A stretch of 63,694 nucleotides of DNA, counting the filler, from Hyphochytrium catenoides (taxonomy: Eukaryota; Protista; Hyphochytriomycota): the NCBI GenBank assembly GCA_900088475.1. It is 9 parts of 9 records of this genome, joined end to end, with 100 filler letters (N's around TTAATTAATTAA, not from the genome) between each part and the next. Parts side by side here need not be neighbours in the genome. Positions count along the whole stretch, not along the records: positions 7,038 to 27,869 come from FLMG01001451.1; positions 27,970 to 37,196 come from FLMG01000554.1; 7 more parts are not named here. The stretch is one strand, 5' to 3'. Each line of letters opens with the position of its first letter. Positions within the stretch are counted from its first letter, which is position 1. The position numbers were made by a program, and so were the translations under genes. Below, piece by piece: positions 13,485 to 32,498 of this stretch. The notes beneath the pieces are model-generated. The model saw only the letters and a list, made by a program, of their open reading frames with translations. It was not told where the DNA came from and did no database searches.

Positions 13485-16098
13485 ATGGGGAGTAGAGCCA
13501 TCATGAGGCTCTCACTCCCTTCTTATTCGAAGCTTCCCCTCTGTTATGGGCGGCTCCATCGCAAGAGAAGGCTGTCTTTTGCACCAGGAAGTGCGGCTTG
13601 CTCATTTCAAACGGCAAGAGAGAGAGAAGACCCTGAACCCAAGGAAGGAGAGCGGGCAAACAAAGTGCTCTATGTGGATGAAGACTATGTAGGGACTCGG
13701 GTGGACCGGTGGCTGCGATCTATCTTCCCTGGCGCCTCTCAGGCCGTGCTGGAGAAGAATCTCAGGCAGAAACGGATCACACGTGCGGTTGCCGTGCAAG
13801 GGGACGGTGGAATAGAAGGCGGCAAGACGAAGCCCCGAAAGCTGAAGGCGTAAGAATGGCAGTCTCTCTACGTCATGGTTCTCTAACCTTCTGTCTCTTT
13901 ATACGCCTCTGGCGTCTCGATGGTTCGCGGAAGCGGTCTCCTTCTCATTAAGCACCTTCTTTGTCTCTCTCCTCCCTGCATGTCTCTGAACTTCGTAAGT
14001 CCGCCAAACGTGCCGTCGCCAACGAGCTTCCTCTTTCTTTTCCATGTCTTCCTCTTCTTTGTCCGTCAAACGCGTCACTGGTGCTCTCGCGTCGAGCTGG
14101 TCTATCCCGTTCTTTTGCTTATCCTGGCCTTCTCCTATATTCCTTCCCTTTTTTATGCCAATCTCTTCTCTCTTCTAATATGTCTTCCATGGTCACTACC
14201 TCTTTCATCTCAGGAGTGATCGACTGGAGGAAGGAGAGAGGCTAGTTATCCAGAGCGCTGTCCTCCGTGAACTTCTGGGCAACAGCCGTTCTCGCTCTCT
14301 TCCTTCCCCTACCAAGCACCTACAGGACGAAGAGAGGAGAGAGAGATTGATGGAAGAAGTAGATCTTCCTGTTATCTATGAAGATGACCAGCTGTTGGTC
14401 ATCAATAAAGCTCCTGGTCTAGCCATGCATGTGAGTTTCCGCTATTGATGTCAGTCATAGCGCTTAACATACCTCTTTCTCTCTCTCTTGCTTTCTTCTC
14501 TGTCCCTCTCTCTCTGTCTCTCTCCTCCCTATCTGTTATTTGTCTCCTCGAGATATGTCCTAAATTCCTGTTCTAGAGGCTTCTCCCCTCTCTTTAGCCT
14601 CCAGCACCTGCTTTGCCAGAATCACCTCAGGTTTTGATCACCTTCTCCTTGCTCTCATTGCTTGCTTCTTTGCTCTCAGGCGGGTTCAAAGACAAGCCTC
14701 TCCCTTCTGGACTACCTTGAATCTATGTCCGGAACGGGGGGCTACTCTAAGCTAAGGATAGTCCATAGACTAGACAAGGTAAGACACAAACTTGAAAGAA
14801 GGATGGCACTCTGTCGATTGATGTGACTGCCCCTCTTTCCGATGAGGTCGCTCGGGTTGAGTTATGCCACGTGGAGAGGGGACTCTCTCTTCAACTTCGA
14901 CAGTCTTCTCTCTCTCTCTCTTCTCCGCGGCTCTTATCTGTCCCCTCTTTCCTCTTCCTCTCTAGGACACTTCCGGAGCCCTCGTCTTGGCAAAGAGTCG
15001 GACGGCCGCGGAGGCATTGGCCCAAGCTTTCCGAGTTCAGCGGATACGGAAAACATACATTGTAGGACCATTCTTCTACCTTATCTATTCCTTTCTTTGA
15101 CACCGTTACGTCTCCATTTTCTATCCACAGCGTGTACTTCTCTGCCAGACCTTTCTCCTCCTGCGTGCCAATTGCTTACTCTCTATGGCTCAAGCTTCTG
15201 TCTCTTTGTGAAGCTAACAGAAAACCCTTCTTATACCTTCCCAGGCCTGCGTAAGATGGCCTCATTACAGAGACGCGCTCTCTAGTGAAGGAACGATTGT
15301 GCTGAAGGTCCCTTCCGAAACTGGAGGAGGGGCGAGAACGCGAAATCAGGACAACGTCAAGACTTGGAACGGCAGAGAGAGAGAACAGAAGAGAGAGGAG
15401 TCTACAGGCGATCAGGTGGCGCGAACGGACTATGAGGTTATCTATGAGGATCACATGCGAGAAGAACTGTGGCTGAAACTCTCTCCGCTGCATGGGAAGA
15501 AGAGACAGCTGCGTTATCATTGTGCTGGTGCGTACGCGATGTTTCTCTCTCTCTGTTCTTCCCGTTCCTACTTCATCTTCCTCTCCCTCGAGTTTGATGT
15601 CTCTGTGTCTCTCTCTCCATCACTCTCTGCAATCCTATTCTCTCGTGCGCTGAAACTTCGAGTCTTCACTCGTTGGACGTGACGTGGCTTGATGCGGGTA
15701 TAGAGTAACCATAACCCACTTTCCATCTACCGCTCTAACTGTTTCCTCTAACGATCTTGTGACTAACTCTCCGCTCTGGCAATGCAGAGGGCCTTGGGGC
15801 ACCCATTCTAGGCGATAAGAAATTTGGTGGCCGTGGTGCTTCCCCGTTCGGCAAGCTCTATTTGCATGCAAGAACCATAGAGATCCCTCTTGAGACGCTT
15901 TGGGGCAGCGACAGCCGCGGAAATTGGAGACAGGGCAGAAGAAACGTGGAAGCAGAAGAGAGAAGCATCGGGCAGGGCTCTTCTGTTGAAGTCAAAGATG
16001 GAAGATTGAGGGTGATTGCGCCATTTCCTCCTCATTTTCTTCAGAGATGGGTTACATCCGGAAGAGACCTGGACCTCCTGGAGGGCTTAACCCTGTGA
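13485..16098 (+). CDS. RluA/RluC/RluD-family RNA pseudouridine synthase with N-terminal S4-like domain and probable organellar presequence, 6 exons
   Basis: S4-like RVDRWLRSIFPGASQAVLEKNLRQKRI; motif I VIYEDDQLLVINKAPGLAMH; catalytic VHRLDK|DTSGALVLAK; RKTYI; GKKRQLRYHCA; GAPILGDKKFG; LYLHARTIEIP. The N-terminus is Arg/Ser-rich and poor in acidic residues. Confidence 0.9.
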
Positions 16099-16982
16099 CA
16101 TACAAGGAGTCCGTCACACATGAACATGTAGAGGGATAAGATCTTGTACGAGCACAAGCAGGTACACTTCCCAAGCCTTACAGATATAGAAAGGGCACAC
16201 AGGGACAGAGAAGACCCGGGAGGCACCGGTCTGGGCTGGCATCCACTTCGGGACAGCTTCCTGAACTCAGCTACCTCAGTGAGATTCCTACTAGCGGGTT
16301 GATTAGGAGAAGTAACAACGATGCTGCCAGACAAGTGGCAGCCACCTAGCGCTCTTCGGTTGAAGAGACAGAGAGAGTCACGAAGAGAAGACTGAGCCTG
16401 GACCAGAGAGGGAAAGAGATTTATTGGCCCCAAGTGAAGGTCACTCAGAGCTTTGTCCCCAGAAACTGAAAAGGCAAAAATCTTGGCTCATCGAGCTGCT
16501 GCCGCTCTGAAGGAAACCTTCAAATAAACTTCGGAGTCAGTGAAACATATAACCTCTATATTTAAGGCACAGGCTTTAGCGAATGTTTCACTGAGGTCTA
16601 TCGTTCTGGAAATTTCCACGAACTACTCCAGGAGAAGGTCTGGGAGAGGTGATCAGTGGTGGGAAGGAAAGACAGGGAGACGCAGGGGATGACTTGTCAA
16701 GAGATTTTATCGAGACAAAGCTAGCGAGACAGAATGAGTAAGAGATATTCCTTTAACCACTCTAATCAATCATAACAGGGCCATACCGAGAGGCAAACGA
16801 GATACGAGAGGAAGATTCTCATCTGGAAGTCCACATCACATCTCCCCCAGCCCAGGGCATTGAGATCTTCAACCAGACATTGACGAGCACCACTGTTGGC
16901 AAGGTTAACGGCTGGGTAGAAGTGACATCAAGAGGAGCGCTTGCCCTAGAGGTGCAAAGGACAAGAGCAGCTAGGAGCTAGA

Positions 16983-22548
<5,566 letters not shown>

Positions 22549-22928
22549 AACAAGTTCTCTCTTCCTCGTAGGGCTTCCTAGTCTGTTCTTTGGGTCGTTT
22601 GCTACCACGTTATCTCTCGGTTTGCCTTGACTCTCTCTCTCTCTCTTTGCTTTCCCTCCTCCCTACATTTCTCTTCTTTCCTAGTTCACCTTTCTCTGCA
22701 AATAAAGAAGTAAACACAGCCGCTTTTAGCCCGTGGTTTCTCTCAGTCTCTCTCCTCCCTCTCTCTTCTCTTTGACGTAAGTTGAGGGTTAGGTAGTGTC
22801 TTCTCAATATATAATGACAGATGGGTTGAATGGTAAGCAAAAGGCTTTTGCTTCCTCTAGTTGTGCGCGTTTCCTCCTCTATCGCGACTCTGTCTCCGCT
22901 CTTTATAAGACTTGCTGTCTGGGAGACC

Positions 22929-25900
22929 TTAAGCCTTACGCTGCTTCTTCCCCTGACCTTTTCTCTCTTCTTCTACTCTTTTTCTCTTCTCCTCCAGCTT
23001 GGCGACCTTCTCTTGCTTCTTCTGGATCCCGTGTTGCATGCGGCCATACAGCCTCTTCGCTTTCTTGTTCATCATGTTCACGCGCATCTCGTGCTCCTCT
23101 CGCTCTTGAAGATCTTTCTTTTCCGCCTTAGACAAGAGTTTCTTTGACTCTTTCTTGTCCATTCCACCTTTCTTCTTTGACTTCTGTTCTGCTTCAGACT
23201 GAGAAGTGTCTTCTTCCTCTTCCTCCTCCTCCTCCTCTTCTTCTCCTTCTTCCTCAGTAACAGGCTCGTTCTCTCCTTCTTCTTCCTCTTCGGCGTCGTC
23301 CACTTCGTCCCTGGCCTCCTCTTGCTCCTCAGTAGACGAAGGAGGGAAGACACCTGCTGCTTCATTCTTCATCTTCTCTACTTCCTTCTTGAAGTCAGGC
23401 GTGTAGCCCTCTCGCTCGTCATCAACGAAGGGAGAGAGATGTGGAGGGAGAGGCTTTCCTACTTCATACAGAGAAGCTGGCAGGAGAAAGCTGTGATTTG
23501 CACTGTCAAAGATCCACTGAGGTTGCACGTACTCCCGACCAAAGTACCTAAGTAGCAACAGGGTGAGAGAAGACTCAGGGCACGAGAGACAGAGAGCAGA
23601 AAGATGACCAGTTGGAGAGAGAGGGAGAGCGATAGAAACGAAAGGAGAGAGAGCCAGCTGAATATCATATAAAAGAAGCTGGTAAATAAACTCCAGAAGT
23701 GAAACTGTGGACAGGAAAGACTGCCCTCTCCGGATAAACTAGTAGCGGGAGTCGGTAGGAAAGCTTCTATTAATGCAGGGGCGGGAGAAGGAGAAGAGAG
23801 AGAGAGAGAGAGAGAGAGGAAAAAGAAAGAAAGAGAGAGAGGCTTACTACCTGTGCCCCTGCACTGGCCTATCACAGATCTGATGGGTGATTCTCGGATC
23901 TTTCACGGTATAAGGAGAACCCTCTCCCTCCCAGCCCACCTCTCCTCCGAGAGATCGTATCACCAGCTCCAGAGGGCCATGTGGGACCTCCCTGGAGAGG
24001 AAGAAGTAGAGCGAGCGGAAGAGTCTGGCCTTTCCTTCAAGCTGCTCACTTTGTGCACGGATAGTGAGCGCCTCTTCATTGCTTGCAAAGGCTGCCTCTA
24101 GAGGCTCTCTCAATGCGTCTTCATCGTCCTCATCGTCGTCTTCGTCTTCTTTGAAGACAAGGTCGTCCTCTTCATCTGCTTCCTCCCTTTCTGTGATCTC
24201 CTGAAGCTTTGTCCCTAGACTCTTCAGCAGCTTCTTGCTCTTCTTTGCGCTAACAGCGGGCTTGGACGAGTGAGAGTTGCCATCCTATAAATAAAATGCA
24301 CCACGAGGAACGGGTAGAAGAGAGAAACGGTGTAAGTCTAAACACCGAGTTGTTTAGATAAGCCATGGAGTGAAGGGAAAGGTAGACTGAAAGGTGAGGA
24401 GAAAAGGCCATTGCTTACCTCTTTGTCAGTTACTGGGCCCTCATCCTCCTTGTCAGGTCCTCCCGCTCCCGCCTGGGAGATAGCTTCTAGCTTAAGAGAC
24501 GCCAGCTGAGCGCCTAGGGACAAGAGAAGGTAAGCAAGGTTTTATTATCAACGAGCGAGCTTCGTCCTTTTTGAGAGTGCCGCTCTCCTCACTACCACCA
24601 GAATCTCTGCACTTCTTTTTACCAATACTCTCCACCTCCCCCTCTTTCGCAGTCTCTTTCTCTCTTTCTCTCTTTCTCTCTCTGTCTCTTTTCTCTCTCT
24701 CTCTCTCTGTCTTCCTCTCTCTCGTTTTTCTTTTTTGCTGTTTTGTTCCTCTATTGTTGTCTCTCTCTTTCTTGTTGCTTCCCCCGTCATGAAAGATCAT
24801 TCACCTGCTGCGTCCAGCTTTAGGTCAATGGCAGGTGGGTAACTGATGCCTAAGTCGCTATAAAGCTTGAAGTTGACAAACTTGATGAGACACTCGTAGA
24901 ACTCTAAGAACGTCAGCATCACTCTGAAGTCCACATCCTTCGGTAACGTCGGTGGGAAGGCGTGAGGAACCAGCCACGTGATCTCTTGGCCCATAATGTT
25001 GGCTTGATAGTAAATTCCCTTGATAGATACGAACACCTGCTCGGCGAGGTGACGAGACAAGGAGCATGGATGGGTGAGTCATGAAGTGCCGCACCTCAAC
25101 TAGATGGAGAAGGACGGAAGAGCCATCAAGTCTGGTTTGACCGACACACTGAGAGAAAGAGAGGTCATAGGACGGAGGAGAGGTGGAGATGTGAAGACGA
25201 CATGAACAAAAGAAAAGAGCTTAAGAGAAGGTGTGCCTTGTGCCTAAAAGAGCTAACAGTTTCGCTTAGGAGCGCTACCCTGCCGTACAAGGCCCATGAG
25301 ATAGGGCAACTGTAAGATATGAGCACATCAGCCAGGCGATGAGGAGAGAGCGTTGGTACCTTGGTCAGGCTGTGTGACCGCGCTATGTAGTTCTGCCATT
25401 CTCTGCACAGCTTTAAGCAGTTTGCTGTTCTCTCAGACTTGATGCGGCCCTCGGCAGGTAGAGCCGCAAAGAGATGGATCATACACAATGCGTCGTCTAG
25501 ATCTCCCAGTGCATCTGTGAATTGAGGGTATCTCTCTTTGATGAGATGGTCCAACTCGTAGGTAGGCTTCTTGGCGTCGAGCCGACGGGCCTCAGCCACA
25601 TCTTTACGGCCAGCAGCACGACGAACCTATGGCAACAAGGGGCACGTGAGTTGGACAATAACCTTGAGAGTGACGAAGAGGAACGAGATCAAGACGAACA
25701 GAGGAAGTAGAGAAAGATTTTGATAGGTGGAGACAGAGAGAGGTAAGGCTGAAGGCCCATGAGACAGACAGGAGGTAAAAAAGGCAGAAGATAGACCACC
25801 AAGGGGTAGATGAGCAAGGATAGGCAGGATGTAGGGCTGATACCTTCTTCATAAACGCCTTAAAGTTGCGGAACTTCTCTAGAAGCGGCTCGTGTGCGAG

Positions 25901-26466
25901 GTAGGAGATATCCTTAACATGGTAGTACACCTTGTCCTTGCCATTCGCCTTCTTCTTCGGATCACGCGGGTATATACCTATAGGTCAGAGGCCATCGCGG
26001 CTGTCAAGGAGAGTGCAAAGCCTGCATTGCCTCTACGTTGCATCTACTGGGATGACGTCTTCCATCCTCTTTCTGATCCTCTTTCCCTCTTCTTTCTTTT
26101 TACTCCCCTGGCTTCTCTTAAAGGGATTCCACCATAAGTCCTCGCGTTCCATCAGTCCCTTCCTTTCTCTCTCTTCTTGCCGCTGCATTGCAGAGAGCCT
26201 TGACGCAGCTCCTTGGTCGTCTTCTCTCTCTATATCCAATGCATACATTTGCTTCTCTGCGTGTTCCCCTTTCTCCCTCACGAACTGACTCCTTGGCCTT
26301 CAGATTTCATTATCTGCCTTTGTCTCGCTATGTGTTTATGCTTTAAAGCCCCAGGCGATTGGAAACTAGCTTACCTTTCAGGATGCAAAGCCTTCTGAAG
26401 TCTTTCAAGGTGATCTGAAGTTTCTTTATGCACCGACTACGCGTGATATAGTTGGCCGCTTCACCC

Positions 26467-26502
<36 letters not shown>

Positions 26503-26835
26503 AGGAAGTGAGGCCATGTACATTGCAGAACCTTGGGGAACAATGCAGACACGGAGGACGGAGCGAGACAGAGGGGAGAGGAAAGAGAAGAGCTGGCCAT
26601 GGAGAGAGAGCATACGCACGCAAAAAAGAGAAAGAAGGGGATTGGTGGAAGAAAGAGGCGACAAGGAGAGAAAGAAAACATAGTTGAGATGAAGAAAAAA
26701 AGAGAGACATACTTTGTGGCCCTTCTTGTTTTCCTTTCCGAACTTGGCGAGCCTCCTCTTGCTTCCCATAGAGGAAGTCACCTTTGCTTTGATTGACTTG
26801 CGCTTCTTCTTCCCTTCAACTCTTTTCGTCCCCAT
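22929..26835 (-). CDS. PES1: Pescadillo/Nop7 (PeBoW complex, BRCT domain), 8 exons
   Basis: [145 protein letters not shown] and [10 protein letters not shown]; stop TAA. Confidence 0.96.
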
Positions 26836-28101
26836 CTTCGCAATGTGTTCTTTCGCTGCGGAATGCTATACTCTCTTTCTGTCACAGGGTCCGCGTAGTC
26901 CAAGGCTGCTGGGAGTTACTTCGTCTTCCGCTGCCGTTCTTGGAAGTCCACCATAAGCTTCCACTGGGTAGAGGAGACTTCCCGATTGCTAGCCAGGCAG
27001 ACGACGAGTTCTGAAGACGCCCAGACGCTAAAGTTGGTAAAGAAATCAAGGCGGAGGAGTAGCTTCTCTCAGACATGGGAAAGAAAGGTGTGTTGAGAGA
27101 CTGACAAGGGACAGGAAGAGAGACGGGGGGGAGTCAGGAAGACAGAGAGAGAGAAAGAGAGAGAGACAAGGNNNNNNNNNNNNNNNNNNNNNNNNNNNNN
27201 NNNNNNNNNNNNNNNNNNNNNNNNNNNNNNNNNNNNNNNNCAGGAAGCCGATGATGGACCAGGAGTGCGAACCATCACGAGAAACCCCTTCTTCATCCAC
27301 CAACCAAACCGCTCCCGGGGGAGCTCTGTAACAACCTACTCTGGAAAAATCACCTCGAACAGACTGAACCTGTGAGAATCAAAAGATGAATGCTTTGATT
27401 CTTGCAACTGATGATTCTACCATTCTACCCACTAATCAAGGGATCGATAATCAATATTGTTCCTTTCCCAGTGATCAACGGTTCATTCCCTGAAAACCGA
27501 AAAAGAGCTCTTTATCAGTTCCGACTGGAAACAGAGAGGAGAGCGAGAGACAGAGAGGATGAAGAAGAAGACCTCGAGCGAGAGAAAGAGAAACAGAAAG
27601 AGAGAGGCGGATTCCTGTAGAGGGTAGAAGTGGGGGGAGTTCATGACTGGTAAGATGCGAGATGATGAGAGAGAAGAGAGATCAGAGATCAGCAATGATC
27701 ACAAAGAAGTAGAGTCCTTGATCAGAGGAGCGCTTTCCCAAAGCTTCTCTTCTGCAAAAGAAAGCGAGGGGTTCTCAACATATCTAGTTATCAAACTATG
27801 ATTACTGATCCTGTAGTTGGAAAGGGGGTGGAGTGGAGTGGAGTGGAGGTTGGGAGGGGGGGTGTCTGGNNNNNNNNNNNNNNNNNNNNNNNNNNNNNNN
27901 NNNNNNNNNNNNNTTAATTAATTAANNNNNNNNNNNNNNNNNNNNNNNNNNNNNNNNNNNNNNNNNNNNAGAGAGAGAGAGAGAGAGAGAGACTCGTGGG
28001 ACGAAAAGCAGCAGGCACACTCACAGGTGGGGAGCAGCGTTGAAAGCATAGATGGAGAAGACTGTGAAACAGAGAAAGAAACTTTCAGAAGAGAGATATA
28101 A

Positions 28102-28133
<32 letters not shown>

Positions 28134-28149
28134 CAGCAACGTCTATATT

Positions 28150-29049
28150 ACCGTTCTGGGAAGCTGAAAGCTGTTCTTCTAGTATCTTGCTCCTCAGCGC
28201 GAGCTTCTCCTGCTCTGCCTGCAGCTTCAGCTCTCGACCCTCCAGCTCCAGCAGCCGCTGAGTCTTTGCCTCTAACTCCGACTGTACCAGGGAAAGACGC
28301 ATATAAACACACGCAGAGAGAGACAGAAACAGAGAGAGAGAGAGAGAAAATCAGAGGGAAAGAGAAACAAAGTGAGAGAGAAGCAAAGAGAGAGAGAGAG
28401 AATGAGAGAGAGAGAGGGGGAGAGAGAGAATGTGTGAGAGAGAGAGTGGGGAAGAAGGAGGGATCGGCGGGTTCAAAGAGAGAGAGAGAGTCATTGTAAA
28501 CGTGAAGATTATAAGTATGACAGATACGCCAGAGAACAAAAAAGAGAAAGAGAAGGCAATATTCACGGTGTCTCCTCTACCTGCATGGCGCTTTCTCTTT
28601 GTCCCATGTCTCCGTTTTCCCCTAGCGCAATAGCAGAGACGGCTTTCTTCCTCTCTTCCGTGAGGAGAGACTCGAGCTCACGGATCTGAGGGAGGAGAAG
28701 ACAGAGAACATTGAGAAAGGCTCGAGAGAAAGGGGAGAGACCCACAAAGTAGATAGATAGAAGCAAGAAAGGGGTAGAGAGGGAGAGAAAGAGAGAGAAA
28801 TAGAGAGAGAGAGACACACACACAGAGACAGAGAAAGAGACAGAGAGACACAGAGAAAGAGAAAGAGTCAGGTAAGGTCAGACGTCTCTTAAGGAAGAGT
28901 AGTCTAGGACAAGACGAAAACTATTCACAAACCTGGGCACTGGAAGCCTGAACAGAAGCTTCCAAAGTCGAAACCTTGTTTTCTATTGCCTTCTTAAGGG
29001 CTTGCTCCTGATGACAGAGGGAATAAGAGCCAGAAGGAAAGAGAGAGAG

Positions 29050-29088
<39 letters not shown>

Positions 29089-29198
29089 CGAGGTAAAGAG
29101 AGAGAGGTGAAGGATTGAGGATACAGCAAGAAAGAACATGTATCACGAGAAAGACGTGGATCTCCCGATTACCTTCGAACCTTTCCCTTGTAGCAAGC

Positions 29199-29253
<55 letters not shown>

Positions 29254-29927
29254 TCCTGCACTCTCTTCGTCTCTCCTTCCTCAATCTACCTGCTGATTCT
29301 CTATCTGCAGCTGGCTGATGGTCTCCTGCGCTCCTCTGAGCTCTCCTTCTGTCTTCTTCAGCTGCTCGCCTAAGGACAGCTCCGCCGCCCGCCGCCCCTC
29401 CAGAGCCGCTCGGGTCTCGGAATGAAGTTGCCGCTCCGAAGAGAGACTCTAGGGAAATAAAAAGAGAGAGAAAGAGGGAGAGAGAGAGTGAGAGGAAAGA
29501 GAGAGAACGAGAGAGAGGAAAGAGAGGCAAGAAGAAGTGGAGGACGGCACTAATGTGAGTTCTCTTGACTTGTGAGGGACGTAGACAGAGAGAGAGGGCG
29601 AGAGAACAAAGAGAGAGAGAAAACAAAGAGAGAGGAGAGAGAAGGAGAGAGAGGAGATGATCGCAATAATGTGAGGTCCTCAAAAAAAATAGAGGAAAAT
29701 GGGAAGAGAGAGGAATGTGGGTCAGAGAGAGAGTGGGAGAGAGAGAGAGAGATATCCTTACCGCTTGCGCCAACTGGAGTTCTCTCTCCAGCGTCTCCTT
29801 TGCCACGTTGGCGGCCATGAGCTCTCCTCTCACTGCCAGCAGCTCGCCCTCCGTCGGGGCAGAGCTCTGAGAGCTCTGGAGAAGGAAAGAGTGTCAGGCA
29901 TTGTAAAGAGAGAACCAGAGAGAGAGA

Positions 29928-29961
<34 letters not shown>

Positions 29962-31094
29962 CAGTTAGAAGAGAGCCGGATCTATGGACAAGATACCTTT
30001 TGAAGACCTCATAAAGACGAACATGATGATGGAGAGGAAGTGGATAGAGAGCAAGAGAGAGAAAGATAGATAGAGGTACCTAAGTGAGAGAAGTAGGGGA
30101 GAACAGTGCAAGAGAACGCAGAGAGAGACACTGCAGGAAAGGAGAGAAAGAGAGAAAGGGATCGCACTTCTAGCTTCTCTCTCAGGGATTTGTTCATGGT
30201 CTCAAGGTTTGCTGCCGTCTTCTGCAGAGAGAGAAGCTGTCCCTCCATCCCCTGAGACCGGGACGAGGCCTCTTGCAGCTGAGAGAGAAGCTCCTCTCTC
30301 CTCCGCACAGCCTCTGACAGCTATAAAAAAGAGAAAGGAGAGAGAGAGAAAATAAGAATGAGATTAGGCGCTGGTGAGAGGGTTTGAGAGAGGGAGAGTG
30401 TAGGGAGAGTGGAGAGGAGAGAGAGGAGACGAGGTACTTGAGACGACTATCAAGAGGACATTCGAAAGCATAGAGAACAAGAGAGGGAGAGGGAGAGAGA
30501 AAAAGAAGGGAGAGAGAGAGAGAGAGAGAAAGGGCATGCGAGTCGAAAGAGGCGCCTCCCGATAGAAGGGAGATGAAGCTGAAGGTAGCACGATGGAGAG
30601 AGAGAAAGTGACGGGACGATTAATATAGGGAGGGGAGAAAGAGAGAGAGAAAGAGAGAGAGAGAAAGAAGACTAGACTGGTAAGAAGGTTTTTACCTCCT
30701 TCTGCAGCTCTCCCTTCGTCTTTTCCATCTCTTTCTCTTTCTCTCTGCTCTCCTGCAGCCACTGCTTGGACGCCTGCAACTCCATTGACAGCTTTCCAGA
30801 CTGCAACTGGAGCTCATGGTGACTCTGTTGGAGAGAGGAGAGATCCTACGCAGGAGAAGAGAGAGAAAGGCGGAAAGCAGAGCAAAAAGCGGAAGGAGGG
30901 AAAGGTGGGAGAGGTTAGCCCGGTGAGAAGATGGAAGGGGAGAGCAAGAGAGGAAAGACAGGGAGAGAGAGAGAGAAAGAGCGAGGGCTATGAAGGAGGC
31001 TGGTGCTGCGTAGCTTTTTGAAAAGAGAGGACCATTTGCAGACAAACCAGAGAGAGGCAGTGCCCTACAGAGGAAAGAGGACTAGGGCTTCGAA

Positions 31095-31129
<35 letters not shown>

Positions 31130-32286
31130 GAGAGACAGAGAGAGACAAAAGAGATAAGAGAGATAGGAGTAAGTAACGTGAAGAACGAGGCTTCTAGTGC
31201 AGCTGCGAAAAGAAGTGAGCGTTAAAAGGCGATCGGGAAGAGATAAAGAGAGAGTTCGAGAGACAGAGGGAGACAGAGAGAGAGGAACGAGAGAGAAAAG
31301 GCGTACTGCAGTCATTTTCTCTATGGTCTTGGAGAGAGACTCTGCGTCTGTTCGGTATTTCTCGAACTCTAAGAGCTTCAAGCGCTGCTGGTCCTGCGCC
31401 TCCTAAAAGAAAGAGAGAAAGAGAGAGAAGAGAGAGAACGGGAAGCGGAGAGAGAGAGAGATTAAAGGGAGCTCTGGCGCAGCAGAAGGTGCAGTACCTA
31501 GGACAAACTGAGTGTATCTCTGTCTGATTCTCTCTCTCTCCTCTGCTCCGTCCTCCTCGCTCAAGCTCCTCTCTTCTCCGCTTCTCCCTCTCTCTCTCTC
31601 TCTCTTCTCTCCCATTCTCTCTCTCTTTTACTCTCTCTTCTCTCTGACCTGCATCTTCTTCCTAATGTTCTCCTTCATTCCCTCAGCCGCCTTGAGAAGA
31701 TGGTTCCAGTACGCGGTCGAGCGACTGAGAAGCTGTTCCATCAGAGGAGAAGGGTCCTCGATCTCAGTAGCTTCCTCTTCTTCTTCCACTGAAAAGAGAG
31801 AGAGAGAGAGAGAGGCCAAGGGAGAGAGAAATGGAGGGAGAGAGGACCGAAAAGAGAGGTGGCGTGGTTGTGTGAGTGTGTGAGTATGAGAGAGAGAGAG
31901 ACGAAGAGAATCACGAGAGGTAGAGTCGGTGCAGAAGACAGCAAGGAAGCTTTCATCGCGAAGATCTGAGGAAGAGAGCGAGAAAAAGAAAACATAGAGA
32001 GAGGTTGAACTTGAGAACGTCAGAGAGAGGGAGATTTCTAAAAAAGAAGGCACGCAAAGGAAACGCCTCAGGCCGTTATGAAGAGACCCAAAGGGCAGAG
32101 CCAAAAGAGAGAGAGAGAGAGTGAGAGAGAGAGAGAGAGAATGTGTCTATCCTCACCCTGTGTACAGCCATGGACCTCGAGTCTAAGAGCAGGTTTCCCT
32201 TCCCAGGCCAAGGGCATGACTCTGAGCTTCTTGGCCGCACCTGGAGCGGGAAGAACTCGAAGGACCTGTGGTTATAAGGCCGAGTG

Positions 32287-32319
<33 letters not shown>

Positions 32320-32359
32320 NNNNNNNNNNNNNNNNNNNNNNNNNNNNNNNNNNNNNNNN

Positions 32360-32393
<34 letters not shown>

Positions 32394-32460
32394 TAGGTGC
32401 TATTGAGATGGGGAATAAGGGAGAGCCGAGCAACAAGAGCTTCAAGCTCTCAACAGTCAT

Positions 32461-32498
<38 letters not shown>

